From NCBI GenBank assembly GCA_963769425.1, contig CAVYLP010000001.1, positions 160,001-224,000 of the forward strand: a stretch of 64,000 nucleotides of DNA, read 5' to 3'. The notes beneath the pieces are model-generated. The model ran no database searches. It worked only from the letters and a program-made list of their open reading frames with translations, and had not been told where the DNA came from. This stretch comes from Candidatus Bathyarchaeota archaeon. GTDB taxonomy: Archaea > Thermoproteota > Bathyarchaeia > TCS64. The position numbers and the translations under genes are program-made. This document shows, one piece after another, positions 31,072 to 40,544 of this stretch; the stretch's first letter is position 1; the number at the start of each line of letters is the position of its first letter.

Positions 31072-32763
31072 TCAGCAGCCGACGACCCGGGACTCGTAGT
31101 TTGTGAGAGTCGTCGTGACGCCGCCGTGGAGCATCTTCGTCTCCGGGTCCCTCAGGACCCCCACGGGCCTCGCCCAGCTACGAAGCTCCTCGTCGACCCA
31201 GTCGAGGTCGTGACCCATAGCCCTGAGCCTCTCCCTCACCTCGGGCGAGAACCTGCTGTCGATGAAGAGGCGCCCCGTCTCCCGCGTGCAACGCGGGGCC
31301 TCGATTGCCTCCTGTATCCCCATCTTGAAGTCGATGACGTGTAGGATCACCTGCATTACGGCGACCGGTATGTTTCTACCACCTGGTGCGCCGCAGGCGA
31401 GCAGGGGTGATCCGCCCTTCAGAACGACTATCGGGCAGACGTTCTGTATCCTCCTCTTCCTCCCGTCGATGGAGTTGGCGTGCCCCGGCTCGGGGTTTAA
31501 CCCGTACATCGCGTTGTTCATCGTTATCCCAGTCCTGGGGACAACGACGCCGGAGCCGAAGAGGTTGACTAGGGTCTGGTTTATGCAGACCATGTTCCCC
31601 GCCTTGTCCGCGACGGCCAAGGAGGTTGTGTGGTCGGGCTCGAATGGCCAGGGCTTCCCGAACCCGATCTTCGCTGCCCTATTCGGGCTCATCTTCTTCC
31701 TCAACTCCGTTGCGTACTTCTTCGAAACCAGCGCCCTCTGGGGAACCTTCACGTAACCGGGGTCTCCCATATACTCAAACCTGTCAGCGTATGCGAGCCC
31801 TATCGCGTCCCCCACTAGATGTAGGTGCTCAGCCGAGCCGAAGCCGTACCCCGCGAGGTCGTAGCCCTCCAAAATATTGAGCATCTCGACCAGTGTCGTG
31901 CCGCCGTGGGTGGGGTCGTAGATGACCTCGTGGCCCCTGTATTTACCGGGCTCGGGCTCGGAGACTATGGGCTCGTACATGGCGAGGTCCTCGCGGCTGA
32001 TGAGGCCTTTGTTCGCCTCCATCTCCTCAGCTATCGCGTCCGCGATCCACCCCTTGTAGAAGGCGTCCCTCCCGCCCTCGGATATCGCCTTGAGGCTCTT
32101 CGCCAGGTCCTTCTGGACGAACATCTCCGGCTCGGGGATGTCGTAGCTGAATGGGATGTAGGGGAACTGGGAGTCGTGCAGGAATGTCCTCCTCCACTCG
32201 GGGAGGTGCCAGAAGGTCTTCATGCGCTGGAAGATGTAACCAGCAGTCCACCAGCCGACTGGGAAACCCTCCTCGGCGACGCTTATCGCTGGTGCTAAAA
32301 CTTCGGGTAGCTTCATCGTCCCGTGGCGCTCTAGCGCCTCGATGAGACCAGCCACGGTCCCCGGCGTAACGCAAGCCCTGTGGCCGAGGACGTTGGCGTC
32401 GCCAACGACGCTCCTCCAACCCATCCACCCAGGCTCAGTCGCCTCGGACAGCTCGTACATGTCGGGTGTGCAGTCCTTCGAGGGCCTCCCGACGTAGTCC
32501 ACTATAACGTTCTCCCCGGAGGCCATGTGGATGGCCATTACGCCCTCCCCGCCGATGCCGTTCATCGCGGGCTCGACGACGCAGTCCATGAAGGCCGCCG
32601 CCACCGCCGCGTCAACTGCGTTCCCCCCGCGCCGAATCATCTTGCACCCCGCCTCCCCGATGAAGGTGTGCTTCGAGGCCACAACCCCGTTCGAGGCGAC
32701 GCCGTCGTGCCTACCGGGACCACCCCAACGCCTAAGCTGATAGACGAGCCCAGAATCAGACAT
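31072..32763 (-). CDS. ggt: Gamma-glutamyltransferase
   Basis: GGNAVDAAVA, GIGG, HTTSL nucleophile, FGSG, NN and GAPGG. Confidence 0.92.
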   Translation of the reverse strand: MSDSGLVYQLRRWGGPGRHDGVASNGVVASKHTFIGEAGCKMIRRGGNAVDAAVAAAFMDCVVEPAMNGIGGEGVMAIHMASGENVIVDYVGRPSKDCTPDMYELSEATEPGWMGWRSVVGDANVLGHRACVTPGTVAGLIEALERHGTMKLPEVLAPAISVAEEGFPVGWWTAGYIFQRMKTFWHLPEWRRTFLHDSQFPYIPFSYDIPEPEMFVQKDLAKSLKAISEGGRDAFYKGWIADAIAEEMEANKGLISREDLAMYEPIVSEPEPGKYRGHEVIYDPTHGGTTLVEMLNILEGYDLAGYGFGSAEHLHLVGDAIGLAYADRFEYMGDPGYVKVPQRALVSKKYATELRKKMSPNRAAKIGFGKPWPFEPDHTTSLAVADKAGNMVCINQTLVNLFGSGVVVPRTGITMNNAMYGLNPEPGHANSIDGRKRRIQNVCPIVVLKGGSPLLACGAPGGRNIPVAVMQVILHVIDFKMGIQEAIEAPRCTRETGRLFIDSRFSPEVRERLRAMGHDLDWVDEELRSWARPVGVLRDPETKMLHGGVTTTLTNYESRVVGC

Positions 32764-32846
32764 GATCAGTGATCGTCGGGATGGTTTAAACCCCTTCCCG
32801 TGCCCCGGGGTTAAGCTTGAATATCCGAGGGGCGCATCCCATACCC

Positions 32847-33173
32847 ATGTCCGAGAAACTTCAGGAGTTCCTAGCGACAGGTAAGGACTGGGCGAAGGTG
32901 AAGACCACCGTCCCCGGCGTCTTCATACAGAAGCTACCATCCTACCACGGCCAGCCCGCACGCCTCGCTATAGAGGTAAACCCAGTCGACGCCTCCGGCG
33001 CCCCCACGAAGAGGAAGGGCCTCCTAATCCGGGATGTCTCCGAGTATGAGGAGTTCAAAGAGATACTCAGCAACGAGAAGATGGAAACCGTCTTCGATAT
33101 GCTCGACAAAGTAAACCCCCCGACTCAGAAAAAGCAGAGGGGCGGCCTAGAGGACGACGTAATCGACATCTAG
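32847..33173 (+). CDS. Small hypothetical protein with acidic C-terminal tail
   Basis: ATG at 32847; beta-beta-beta-alpha pattern; ends LEDDVIDI. Confidence 0.7.
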   Translation: MSEKLQEFLATGKDWAKVKTTVPGVFIQKLPSYHGQPARLAIEVNPVDASGAPTKRKGLLIRDVSEYEEFKEILSNEKMETVFDMLDKVNPPTQKKQRGGLEDDVIDI

Positions 33174-33214
33174 CCACCCAAAACCTCTTCCCGCTATTTG
33201 TCAATCCTAGATTA

Positions 33215-34300
33215 ATGAGCAAGAAAGACTCGATTCTCGACCTTTTCTACAGGCTCGCTGAGGTCCAAGCCCCCTCCGGCTTCGAGGAGCCGATGATGAA
33301 GGCATTCATCGACGAGATCAAACCATACGTCGACGAAGTCCACGAGACCCCCCGCGGCAACGTTATAGCAACGCAGAGGGGCACCGACCCAAAGGCTCCA
33401 AAGGTAGCCCTAGTTGCCCACCTCGACCAGATCGGATTCATAGTCTTCAACGTAGATCCCACTGGCTTCGTGAGGTTCAGAAAGATAGGCGGAAGCGTCA
33501 CCCGCGCAATACAAGGGCAGCATCTTCAGATACTCACCGAGAAAGGCCCCGTCCTTGGCGTCGTTGGGATGAAACCCGGCCACATAACCACCCCCGCCGA
33601 GGCAAACACGATTCCCCAAATAGAGGACATGTACATCGATATCGGCGCCGCCAGCAGAGACGAAGCTGAGGCGATGGGTGTGAGGAACGGCACACCGATA
33701 ACCTACTCCACAACACCCGTCAAGCTCGCCAACGACTTAGTCGCGGCTCCCAGCATCGACGACCGCGCCGGATGCACTGCGGTGATTCTCGTTGCTAAGT
33801 CCTTCGCTAAAAAGCGCCCCAAAGCAACAATCTACTATATCGGCTCCGTTGAGGAAGAGATAGGACTCAGGGGGGCAGAAACGTGCCTACACGACCTTGA
33901 TGTCGATATGGCTGTCGCTGTCGACACCTTCCCCGCAGGCTACCAACCCGACGTCAATATGCGCGACATCTACTATGAGGTCGGGAAGGGGCCGGGCCTC
34001 CATGTGGGGGAGATCGGCGAAAGGGTCCGTATTCAGAGCCAGCAGGTTCATAGATGGCTCCGCAAGACTGCTGAGGCTCACGACATCCCACATCAGGTCG
34101 GTATAATGAGCGGGGGCACAGATGCTATGTCAATGATGCAGACCCGCGGAGGCATCCCATCAGCAACAATAGGCATACCTCGCCGCTACAGTCACAGCCC
34201 CGTGGAGGTCTTTTCCCCTAACGACCTTGAAAACCTCATCAAGATAATCACCACAGCAATACAAGAGCTTGGTCCAAGCTTTACAACTGCCAGAATTTAG
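33215..34300 (+). CDS. M42 family aminopeptidase (TET-like)
   Basis: AHLDQIG, DDRAG, EEEIGLRGA, GGTDA and YSHSP. Confidence 0.92.
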   Translation: MSKKDSILDLFYRLAEVQAPSGFEEPMMKAFIDEIKPYVDEVHETPRGNVIATQRGTDPKAPKVALVAHLDQIGFIVFNVDPTGFVRFRKIGGSVTRAIQGQHLQILTEKGPVLGVVGMKPGHITTPAEANTIPQIEDMYIDIGAASRDEAEAMGVRNGTPITYSTTPVKLANDLVAAPSIDDRAGCTAVILVAKSFAKKRPKATIYYIGSVEEEIGLRGAETCLHDLDVDMAVAVDTFPAGYQPDVNMRDIYYEVGKGPGLHVGEIGERVRIQSQQVHRWLRKTAEAHDIPHQVGIMSGGTDAMSMMQTRGGIPSATIGIPRRYSHSPVEVFSPNDLENLIKIITTAIQELGPSFTTARI

Positions 34301-34409
34301 GCAGTGAAACATTTACACCACGAATATTAGCTATAATTAACTAATATAATAGTAAATAATATTATAACTCCATCACCATTTAAAAAAGGCTAAAATAACT
34401 ACATAAGGC

Positions 34410-34766
34410 ATGGGCAAAGGCTCAATTCTATTAGTCGACGACGACACGATGAGCAGCCAAATATTGAGCTTCATTCTCACGGATGAGGGCTATGATGTCG
34501 ATCTTGCTGAGACAGGGGAATTGGGCGTCGAAAAGGTATCTATGAAGAAGTTTGACCTAGTGCTCTTGGACTTTCTTCTACCAGATATGAAAGGACATGA
34601 CGCATCAGTAATAATGAAGAAAGTTTCACCAGATACTAAAATAGTGCTGCTAACGGGGTATTCTAAGAGTGGTGATGAGACAAACGAAAAAGACTATGCG
34701 CGGGTTCTCCTGAAACCAATTCACCCTGAATTAATTCTCAAAACGATAGCAGAGGTCCTCGGCTAG
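34410..34766 (+). CDS. Stand-alone response regulator receiver protein
   Basis: LVDDD, LDFLLPDMKG, LTG and KP. Confidence 0.88.
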   Translation: MGKGSILLVDDDTMSSQILSFILTDEGYDVDLAETGELGVEKVSMKKFDLVLLDFLLPDMKGHDASVIMKKVSPDTKIVLLTGYSKSGDETNEKDYARVLLKPIHPELILKTIAEVLG

Positions 34767-34878
34767 ATAACTACTAAAGTGAAAATTAGAAGCATATTAT
34801 AAATCACATATTATGAAATATTAACAATATTGCAAGGTATTTCTACTTCCACTCTCACCAATATCATTGGTGGGTTAG

Positions 34879-35631
34879 TTGGTTGACGTCCGCTTGCTCA
34901 AGATGACCGGTTACCTCCTAAAGGAGAATTACTTCGATAAGGCGATCCTGCCGCTGGGGTCAACGGAATATCACGGTGACCATTTACCCTTTGGTACGGA
35001 TACACTTGTCGCTGAGAGCTTAGCCGAAGCTGTAGCCCAGCGGGTGAACGGGATGTTGTGCCTCCCCGCCCTCCCCTTCGGCATGAGTCGCCACTACTCC
35101 AGCTTCCCCCTCTCCATCACTCTTTCTACGGAGACCCAGATACATGTGATCAAGGAGATTTTGGACTCCCTGAACCAGCAGGGGCTACGAAGGCTCCTCA
35201 TCATCAATGGGCATGACGGAAATCTCCCAGGGATCGAGGCTGCGACGAGAGAGTACCGCGTCGAACACCCCGAAATGAAGATAGCCGTTCTCGACGCCTG
35301 GTGGATATCAGCTGTTGAGCTTCTACCTAAGGGGACCTTCGAGGCTTGGGGGGGCCTCGGCCACGCGGGGGAGGCCGAGACATCAATAATGTTGAAAGTG
35401 GCGCCAGAGCTCGTGAATCTAAGCAGGGCAAAGGGACATGTTCCCATTCTCCCCGAACACGTTCAGGTCAAGTGGCTTTTCAAGGAGATCACCCCCTTCG
35501 GCGTCACCGGCGACCCGACGAAGGCAACGTCTGAGAAGGGCATACTAATGTGGAACGCCCTTGTAGATCACCTAGTCTCCTTCGTCGAGGACATGGACCG
35601 CGACGGCTGGGAAGTCGACAAACAGCAGTAG
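34879..35631 (+). CDS. Creatininase family amidohydrolase
   Basis: GSTEYHGDHLPFGTD, NGHDGN, GHAGEAETS and GDPTKAT. Confidence 0.9.
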   Translation: MVDVRLLKMTGYLLKENYFDKAILPLGSTEYHGDHLPFGTDTLVAESLAEAVAQRVNGMLCLPALPFGMSRHYSSFPLSITLSTETQIHVIKEILDSLNQQGLRRLLIINGHDGNLPGIEAATREYRVEHPEMKIAVLDAWWISAVELLPKGTFEAWGGLGHAGEAETSIMLKVAPELVNLSRAKGHVPILPEHVQVKWLFKEITPFGVTGDPTKATSEKGILMWNALVDHLVSFVEDMDRDGWEVDKQQ

Positions 35632-35681
35632 CATCGTATGTGTTTTATCCCCAACCCCGGGCATTCATACCGGGATTAGTC

Positions 35682-36863
35682 ATGAAAGTACTTGTGCTCG
35701 GTACCGGGAAGATGGGTTATGGCTTAATGAAGGACCTTGTGGCCCAGAAAGAAGTTGAGGAGATAGTCGCGGCCGACGCGAACATCGACGCCGCGAAGAA
35801 TGTCGCCGCACGGATCGGCAACGACAAGGTGAAGGGCACCCAGAAGCTCGACGTCACCGACAAGAAGGCGACGGTGAAGCTCATCAAGGGCTTCGATGTA
35901 GTCATTGCCGCCATCCCGAGGACGTTCTGCGACCAGGCAATATCTGCCACAATCGAGGCTGGCGTAAGCTGGGCAGACATCGCGGCCGACTTCAACACGG
36001 TCTTCAGCATGGATGCGGCGGCGAAGAAGGCGGGCGTCACCGTTATCCCCCACTGCGGTCTAGACGTCGGCACCGACAGGATACTCCTCGGTGTCGGCTC
36101 GAGGAAGCTCGACAAGGTGGATAAGCTCTATGTAGCCTGCGGTGGCTTCCCACAGAAGGGGACACCCGGCTACTACAATCCGCTCAATTATAAGATCAGC
36201 TGGAGTTGGCCATTCGCCATACAGGGCAGCATTGGCACATGTAAGATCCTCAAAAATGGCAAGACCATCGAGATCAAGGTCCTCAGCGACCCAGGACCCA
36301 TAGAGTTCCCGGAGCCCCTCGGAATGCTCGAGGCATACACCAACAGCGGCCTCATGGACACGGTGGAGCACCTCGATCTCAAGGGGGTCAAGGATGCATA
36401 TGGTCAGACCATCAGGTGGCCAGGCCACTGCGCCATGTGGACGAAGCTCAAGGACCTACACCTTATGGACAAGGAGCCCTTGAAGGTGAAGGGCGTGGAC
36501 GTGAGCCCGCTCGAGTTCTGGGAGGTGTGGGGCAACAAGTACCTCCAGTACGAGCCCGACGAGGGGGACGCCATCTGCCAGCGCGTCATCGTCAGCGGGA
36601 AGAAGGACGGGGCATCCGCCTCCTACACCTACGAGTTCATGGAGTTCCAGGACTTCAAGAACGGCCTCTCCGCCATGGCGAAGACGACGGCCTTCCCCTG
36701 CAGTATAGTCGGCCAGATGATAGCGAAGGGGCAGATGAAGGTACCCGGCGTCATCCACCCGGCGAGGATCGGCTACGATGAGAAGCTCTCCGACATCTTC
36801 TTCAAGGAGATGGCGCGCCGCGACATCAAGATAACGGAGAGCTTCAAGAGCCCCCTCAACTGA
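35682..36863 (+). CDS. Saccharopine dehydrogenase / lysine 6-dehydrogenase family oxidoreductase
   Basis: GTGKMG, CGGFPQ, YKISWS, TIRWPGH and SAMAKTT. Confidence 0.85.
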   Translation: MKVLVLGTGKMGYGLMKDLVAQKEVEEIVAADANIDAAKNVAARIGNDKVKGTQKLDVTDKKATVKLIKGFDVVIAAIPRTFCDQAISATIEAGVSWADIAADFNTVFSMDAAAKKAGVTVIPHCGLDVGTDRILLGVGSRKLDKVDKLYVACGGFPQKGTPGYYNPLNYKISWSWPFAIQGSIGTCKILKNGKTIEIKVLSDPGPIEFPEPLGMLEAYTNSGLMDTVEHLDLKGVKDAYGQTIRWPGHCAMWTKLKDLHLMDKEPLKVKGVDVSPLEFWEVWGNKYLQYEPDEGDAICQRVIVSGKKDGASASYTYEFMEFQDFKNGLSAMAKTTAFPCSIVGQMIAKGQMKVPGVIHPARIGYDEKLSDIFFKEMARRDIKITESFKSPLN

Positions 36864-36957
36864 TCCCTTTTAGACAATCGTCGAATAGATCATCTACCAG
36901 CATCGCCTAGCTTTTATCACTGATCGGGAAAGCTATCTGCAAGAAGAGGCTATACGC

Positions 36958-38229
36958 ATGGTATCGAGCAGAATCTCAGGCTTCTATAAGATGCCCGTCG
37001 ATGAGCGGCTCAAGATCGTCGCCGAGCAGGTCGGACTCACCCCCGAAGAGGTAAAGCTACTCAAGGCGGGCGGCGGACTCGGCATCGACCAGGCAGACCA
37101 CATGACCGAGAACGTGATCAGCACCATCAACTACCCGTTCAGCGTCGCGGTCAACTTCATGCTAAACGGCAGGGACCTCCTCATACCCATGGCGGGGGAA
37201 GAGCCCAGCGTCGTCGCTGCCGCGAGCAACATGGCGCGCATAATGAGGAACGGCTTCGGCATCAAGGTCACGAGCAGCCCACCCATCATGATCGGACAGA
37301 TACAACTCACTGACATTCCCGACATGAAGAAGGCCATCAACACCCTCCGCGAGAGGAAGCAGAAGATCCTCGACATGGCGAACGAGGTCGACCCCGTCCT
37401 AGTCAAGTTCGGGGGAGGCGCTAAAGATCTGGAGTTGCGCCCTCTAGAGACCCCGGCGGGACCGATGCTCATCTGCCACCTATTAGTCGACTGCCGCGAC
37501 GCCATGGGCGCCAACGCCGTCAACACGATGGCTGAAACCCTCGCACCCATGCTGGCCGAGCTCACCGGAGGCAAGTCCCTCCTACGCATCATCAGCAACC
37601 TCGCCGACAGGCGCACCTGCAAGGCCGAGGCCGTGGTGAAGAAGGAGGACATCGGCGGAGAGGACAAGGTCGACAGGATTGTCAAGGCGTGGGCATTCGC
37701 TGACGCGGACCCCTACAGGGCATCCACCCACAACAAGGGCATCATGAACGGCACCATCGCCGTCGCTCTCGCCTTCGCACAGGACCACCGCGCCCTTGAG
37801 GCTGGCGCACACGCCTACGCGGCGAAGACCGGTAGATACCGCAGCCTCAGCAAATGGAGCAAGAACAGCGACGGCGACCTCGTCGGGGAGCTTGAGATAC
37901 CGATGGCGGTCGGCCTCGTCGGAGGCGCGACAAGAAGCCACCCCATGGCCCAGATCGCCGTGAAGATCCTCGGGTGCACGAAGGCCCAGGAGCTTGGTGA
38001 GGCAATGACTGCGGTCGGCCTCGCGCAGAACCTCGGCGCCCTACGCGCACTCACACAGGAGGGCATACAGCAGGGCCACATGAGGCTCCATGCGAGGAAC
38101 CTCATTGTGATGGCCGGCGCCACTCCCGAGATGATGGACGAGGCGGTGAAGCAGCTCATCGAATCCGGCCAGATCCGCTTCCCGAAGGCCCAGGAGATAG
38201 TCGCCAAGCTCAAGGGTATGAAAGCTTGA
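36958..38229 (+). CDS. hmgA: HMG-CoA reductase, class II
   Basis: ENVIS, EEPSVVAA, DAMGAN, THNKGIMNG and GIQQGHMRLH. Confidence 0.93.
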   Translation: MVSSRISGFYKMPVDERLKIVAEQVGLTPEEVKLLKAGGGLGIDQADHMTENVISTINYPFSVAVNFMLNGRDLLIPMAGEEPSVVAAASNMARIMRNGFGIKVTSSPPIMIGQIQLTDIPDMKKAINTLRERKQKILDMANEVDPVLVKFGGGAKDLELRPLETPAGPMLICHLLVDCRDAMGANAVNTMAETLAPMLAELTGGKSLLRIISNLADRRTCKAEAVVKKEDIGGEDKVDRIVKAWAFADADPYRASTHNKGIMNGTIAVALAFAQDHRALEAGAHAYAAKTGRYRSLSKWSKNSDGDLVGELEIPMAVGLVGGATRSHPMAQIAVKILGCTKAQELGEAMTAVGLAQNLGALRALTQEGIQQGHMRLHARNLIVMAGATPEMMDEAVKQLIESGQIRFPKAQEIVAKLKGMKA

Positions 38230-38738
38230 CGATCCTCATAGATGACGCCGGTACCGGCGACCTCCTTTGGGGTGTCGTCATCGGCGCATACCAACCCGAG
38301 ACGGACACCTTCCTCTACGACATCATAGACGTCTCGTTCTTCAAGGAGGGGACATTCCAGGAGAAGAAGCACTTCGAGGAGGCGGCGAGGATATCTCTGA
38401 ACCTCGTCGAACGCCTAAACCCGAAGACCTATGAGAAGATCAAGGTCTGCCAAGGTGATATACTCAACATCGCCGCGGAGAGGCTCAAGGAGCGGTACGG
38501 CGAGGACACCGTCGAGCGTGTCCACGTGGAGGGGCGCGCCCAGGAGCTAATCGAGGGCGCCTACACTGACGAGCTTCGGAACCTCGGCTACGAGCCGATG
38601 CCCGACCGCACCGAGAGGTGGGGGAAGAGCTTCTGGCACATGTACGACTGGGTGAAGAGGGACCCCGAGGAGAGGGTCAAGTGGGCGAAGACTGGGTTCC
38701 CCAACCTGAGGAAGTTCAAGATATTCCAGAGCCGCTGA
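38226..38738 (+). CDS. RNase H-like (RNase HII-like N-terminus) hypothetical protein, paralog of 63311-63832
   Basis: ILIDDAGTGD..GVVIG, IKVCQG and WAKTGF. Confidence 0.6.
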   Translation: MTILIDDAGTGDLLWGVVIGAYQPETDTFLYDIIDVSFFKEGTFQEKKHFEEAARISLNLVERLNPKTYEKIKVCQGDILNIAAERLKERYGEDTVERVHVEGRAQELIEGAYTDELRNLGYEPMPDRTERWGKSFWHMYDWVKRDPEERVKWAKTGFPNLRKFKIFQSR

Positions 38739-38779
38739 TAATCTTATAACCGGTGGTGCCACCAGATTCAGCGATAAGG

Positions 38780-39307
38780 ATGAAGCCCTGGCTCCTCAAC
38801 ATACTCGCCTGCCCCATCGACAAGCACCACCCCCTCGAAGCCTACTTCTTCAGCTGGGAGACCCCCGAGAAGGATGTAAAGAACATCATAGCCGACGCGG
38901 GGAAGCCCAAGAAGGAGCTGGAGGAGAAGTACAGGATTCTCAGGAAGCAGTTGAGTGATGGTACGATCAGCCCCCTCTCAGTCGCTGCTATAAAGGACCT
39001 CACGGGATCGAAGGTTACAATATCCCTCCAGGTGAAGGCGACGAAACTGCTGCAGAGCAAACCCGAGTCGAAGGAAGACCTAGACACTCTGTACAGTTAC
39101 CTTAACACCCTCGATGTTAGGGAGGGCCTCCTAGTCTGCCCGGAGTGCGGGCGATGGTACCCCATCGGCCGATCCGTCGAGACCATACCGGAGCTAATGC
39201 CGGATGAGTTGAGGGAAGCGGAGAAGGAGTTAGAGTGGCTCGGTAAGTGGAAGGGTGTCGTACCCAAGAAGGTTCTAGACGAGGGTAAGCCCTTCAAACC
39301 GGAGTAG
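38780..39307 (+). CDS. Trm112-like protein with large internal insertion
   Basis: LLNILACPIDKH...EGLLVCPECGRWYPI...IPELMPDELR. Confidence 0.8.
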   Translation: MKPWLLNILACPIDKHHPLEAYFFSWETPEKDVKNIIADAGKPKKELEEKYRILRKQLSDGTISPLSVAAIKDLTGSKVTISLQVKATKLLQSKPESKEDLDTLYSYLNTLDVREGLLVCPECGRWYPIGRSVETIPELMPDELREAEKELEWLGKWKGVVPKKVLDEGKPFKPE

Positions 39308-40079
39308 GCGGCGCTGGAGACTCGGGCACCTGAGGCGCCGGGGCCGCGGCCATCTCGTCCTTGTACGACTTCCACGTGACCCATACGTACCATAGGGCTA
39401 CTACACCCCAGGCGGTGGTCACGGCCTCAGAGGCGATCACCCCCCACTGCCCAGCGTAGATGGCGGTGAAGTTCAGGAAGAAGTGGGACGCAATCGCTAC
39501 GCCCACGAGGTAAGGCTGCTTCTGCCGGAAGGACTGGAGGATGAGGACGCTCATCCCGAGGTGAAAGGCTATTGCGGCAAGCCTCTCCCAGACGCCGACG
39601 AGGACGTACCACTCGGGCGTCGCCGCTATCGAGTTGAGCTGGGCGGTGGTCAAGGTCTGTGGGTAGAAGTAGACCACAACCGCTGTTGAAAGGACGGATA
39701 GACCCACAAGCAGCATGGACTCGATGCCCCCATGCCCAGCCCCGTACATAATGCCGTTCTCAAGCTTATGATCCTTTATGGCAAACCTAAAGGCCACCCA
39801 GCGCGCCCCCTCCTCGAAAATGCCAGCCGTGAGAGAGGGTATGGCGATACTCAGGTAGATGTAAGCGGCGCCGCTAAAGTTGTCGTAGATCCAGACCGCC
39901 GCATAGTTGTTTATCGGCAGCCTGACGACGAAGGCCGTTACCCACATCGCAGCGCCGATGAAGAAGATGGTCCACTTGGCCCCCAGCTTTGAGCCAACCC
40001 AGAAGCCGAGGATCAGAGGGATGAATATCTCTAGGAGCCCCGAGGCGAAAAGTGTGAGGAATAGCGTGAAACTGACCAT
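39294..40079 (-). CDS. YhfC family intramembrane metalloprotease
   Basis: AGIFEEGAR, GHGGIES, ER..A..FH and H..LN. Confidence 0.88.
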   Translation of the reverse strand: MVSFTLFLTLFASGLLEIFIPLILGFWVGSKLGAKWTIFFIGAAMWVTAFVVRLPINNYAAVWIYDNFSGAAYIYLSIAIPSLTAGIFEEGARWVAFRFAIKDHKLENGIMYGAGHGGIESMLLVGLSVLSTAVVVYFYPQTLTTAQLNSIAATPEWYVLVGVWERLAAIAFHLGMSVLILQSFRQKQPYLVGVAIASHFFLNFTAIYAGQWGVIASEAVTTAWGVVALWYVWVTWKSYKDEMAAAPAPQVPESPAPPTPV

Positions 40080-40201
40080 AACTAGGTAGTCGGGGCGAGG
40101 CGTTATTACACTTTACCCCAACGTAGTGAATTAGGTAAAATCGAGAACGAATATGAAATCGAATCTGAGAAGCAACTAGTGTGGAGCGAGTCTATACCTG
40201 T

Positions 40202-40366
40202 TTAGCGGCCTCTGCTCTTCGTCCTCTTAGGGCGAATGTTCTTACTGTGGCACTTGCGACACTTTGTTGCGTTCTTGGGGTTGGTGGCGCCGCACTGCCT
40301 ACAGACGGTCTTCTCTAGGTTCGCTTCGCGGCTGAGTTCTGTCTTGAATGGGTCACGTAGAGCCAT
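40202..40366 (-). CDS. rpl40e: 50S ribosomal protein L40e
   Basis: Manual translation [54 protein letters not shown]. Confidence 0.92.
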   Translation of the reverse strand: MALRDPFKTELSREANLEKTVCRQCGATNPKNATKCRKCHSKNIRPKRTKSRGR

Positions 40367-40544
40367 GTCGATCCACCTTTCAAACGGGCTCTGAAGCTAT
40401 ACGGTCCGGGGTATATTATCTTTTCTCAGATGGAAAGGGGTTATTTGAGGCTCGACGATAAAGTGATAGTGATATAGTCTGCGATGCGGTTGAATATGTA
40501 TATCAGCACCGAATTGAAACAAATGGAGCCTTAACAGGCGCTTT

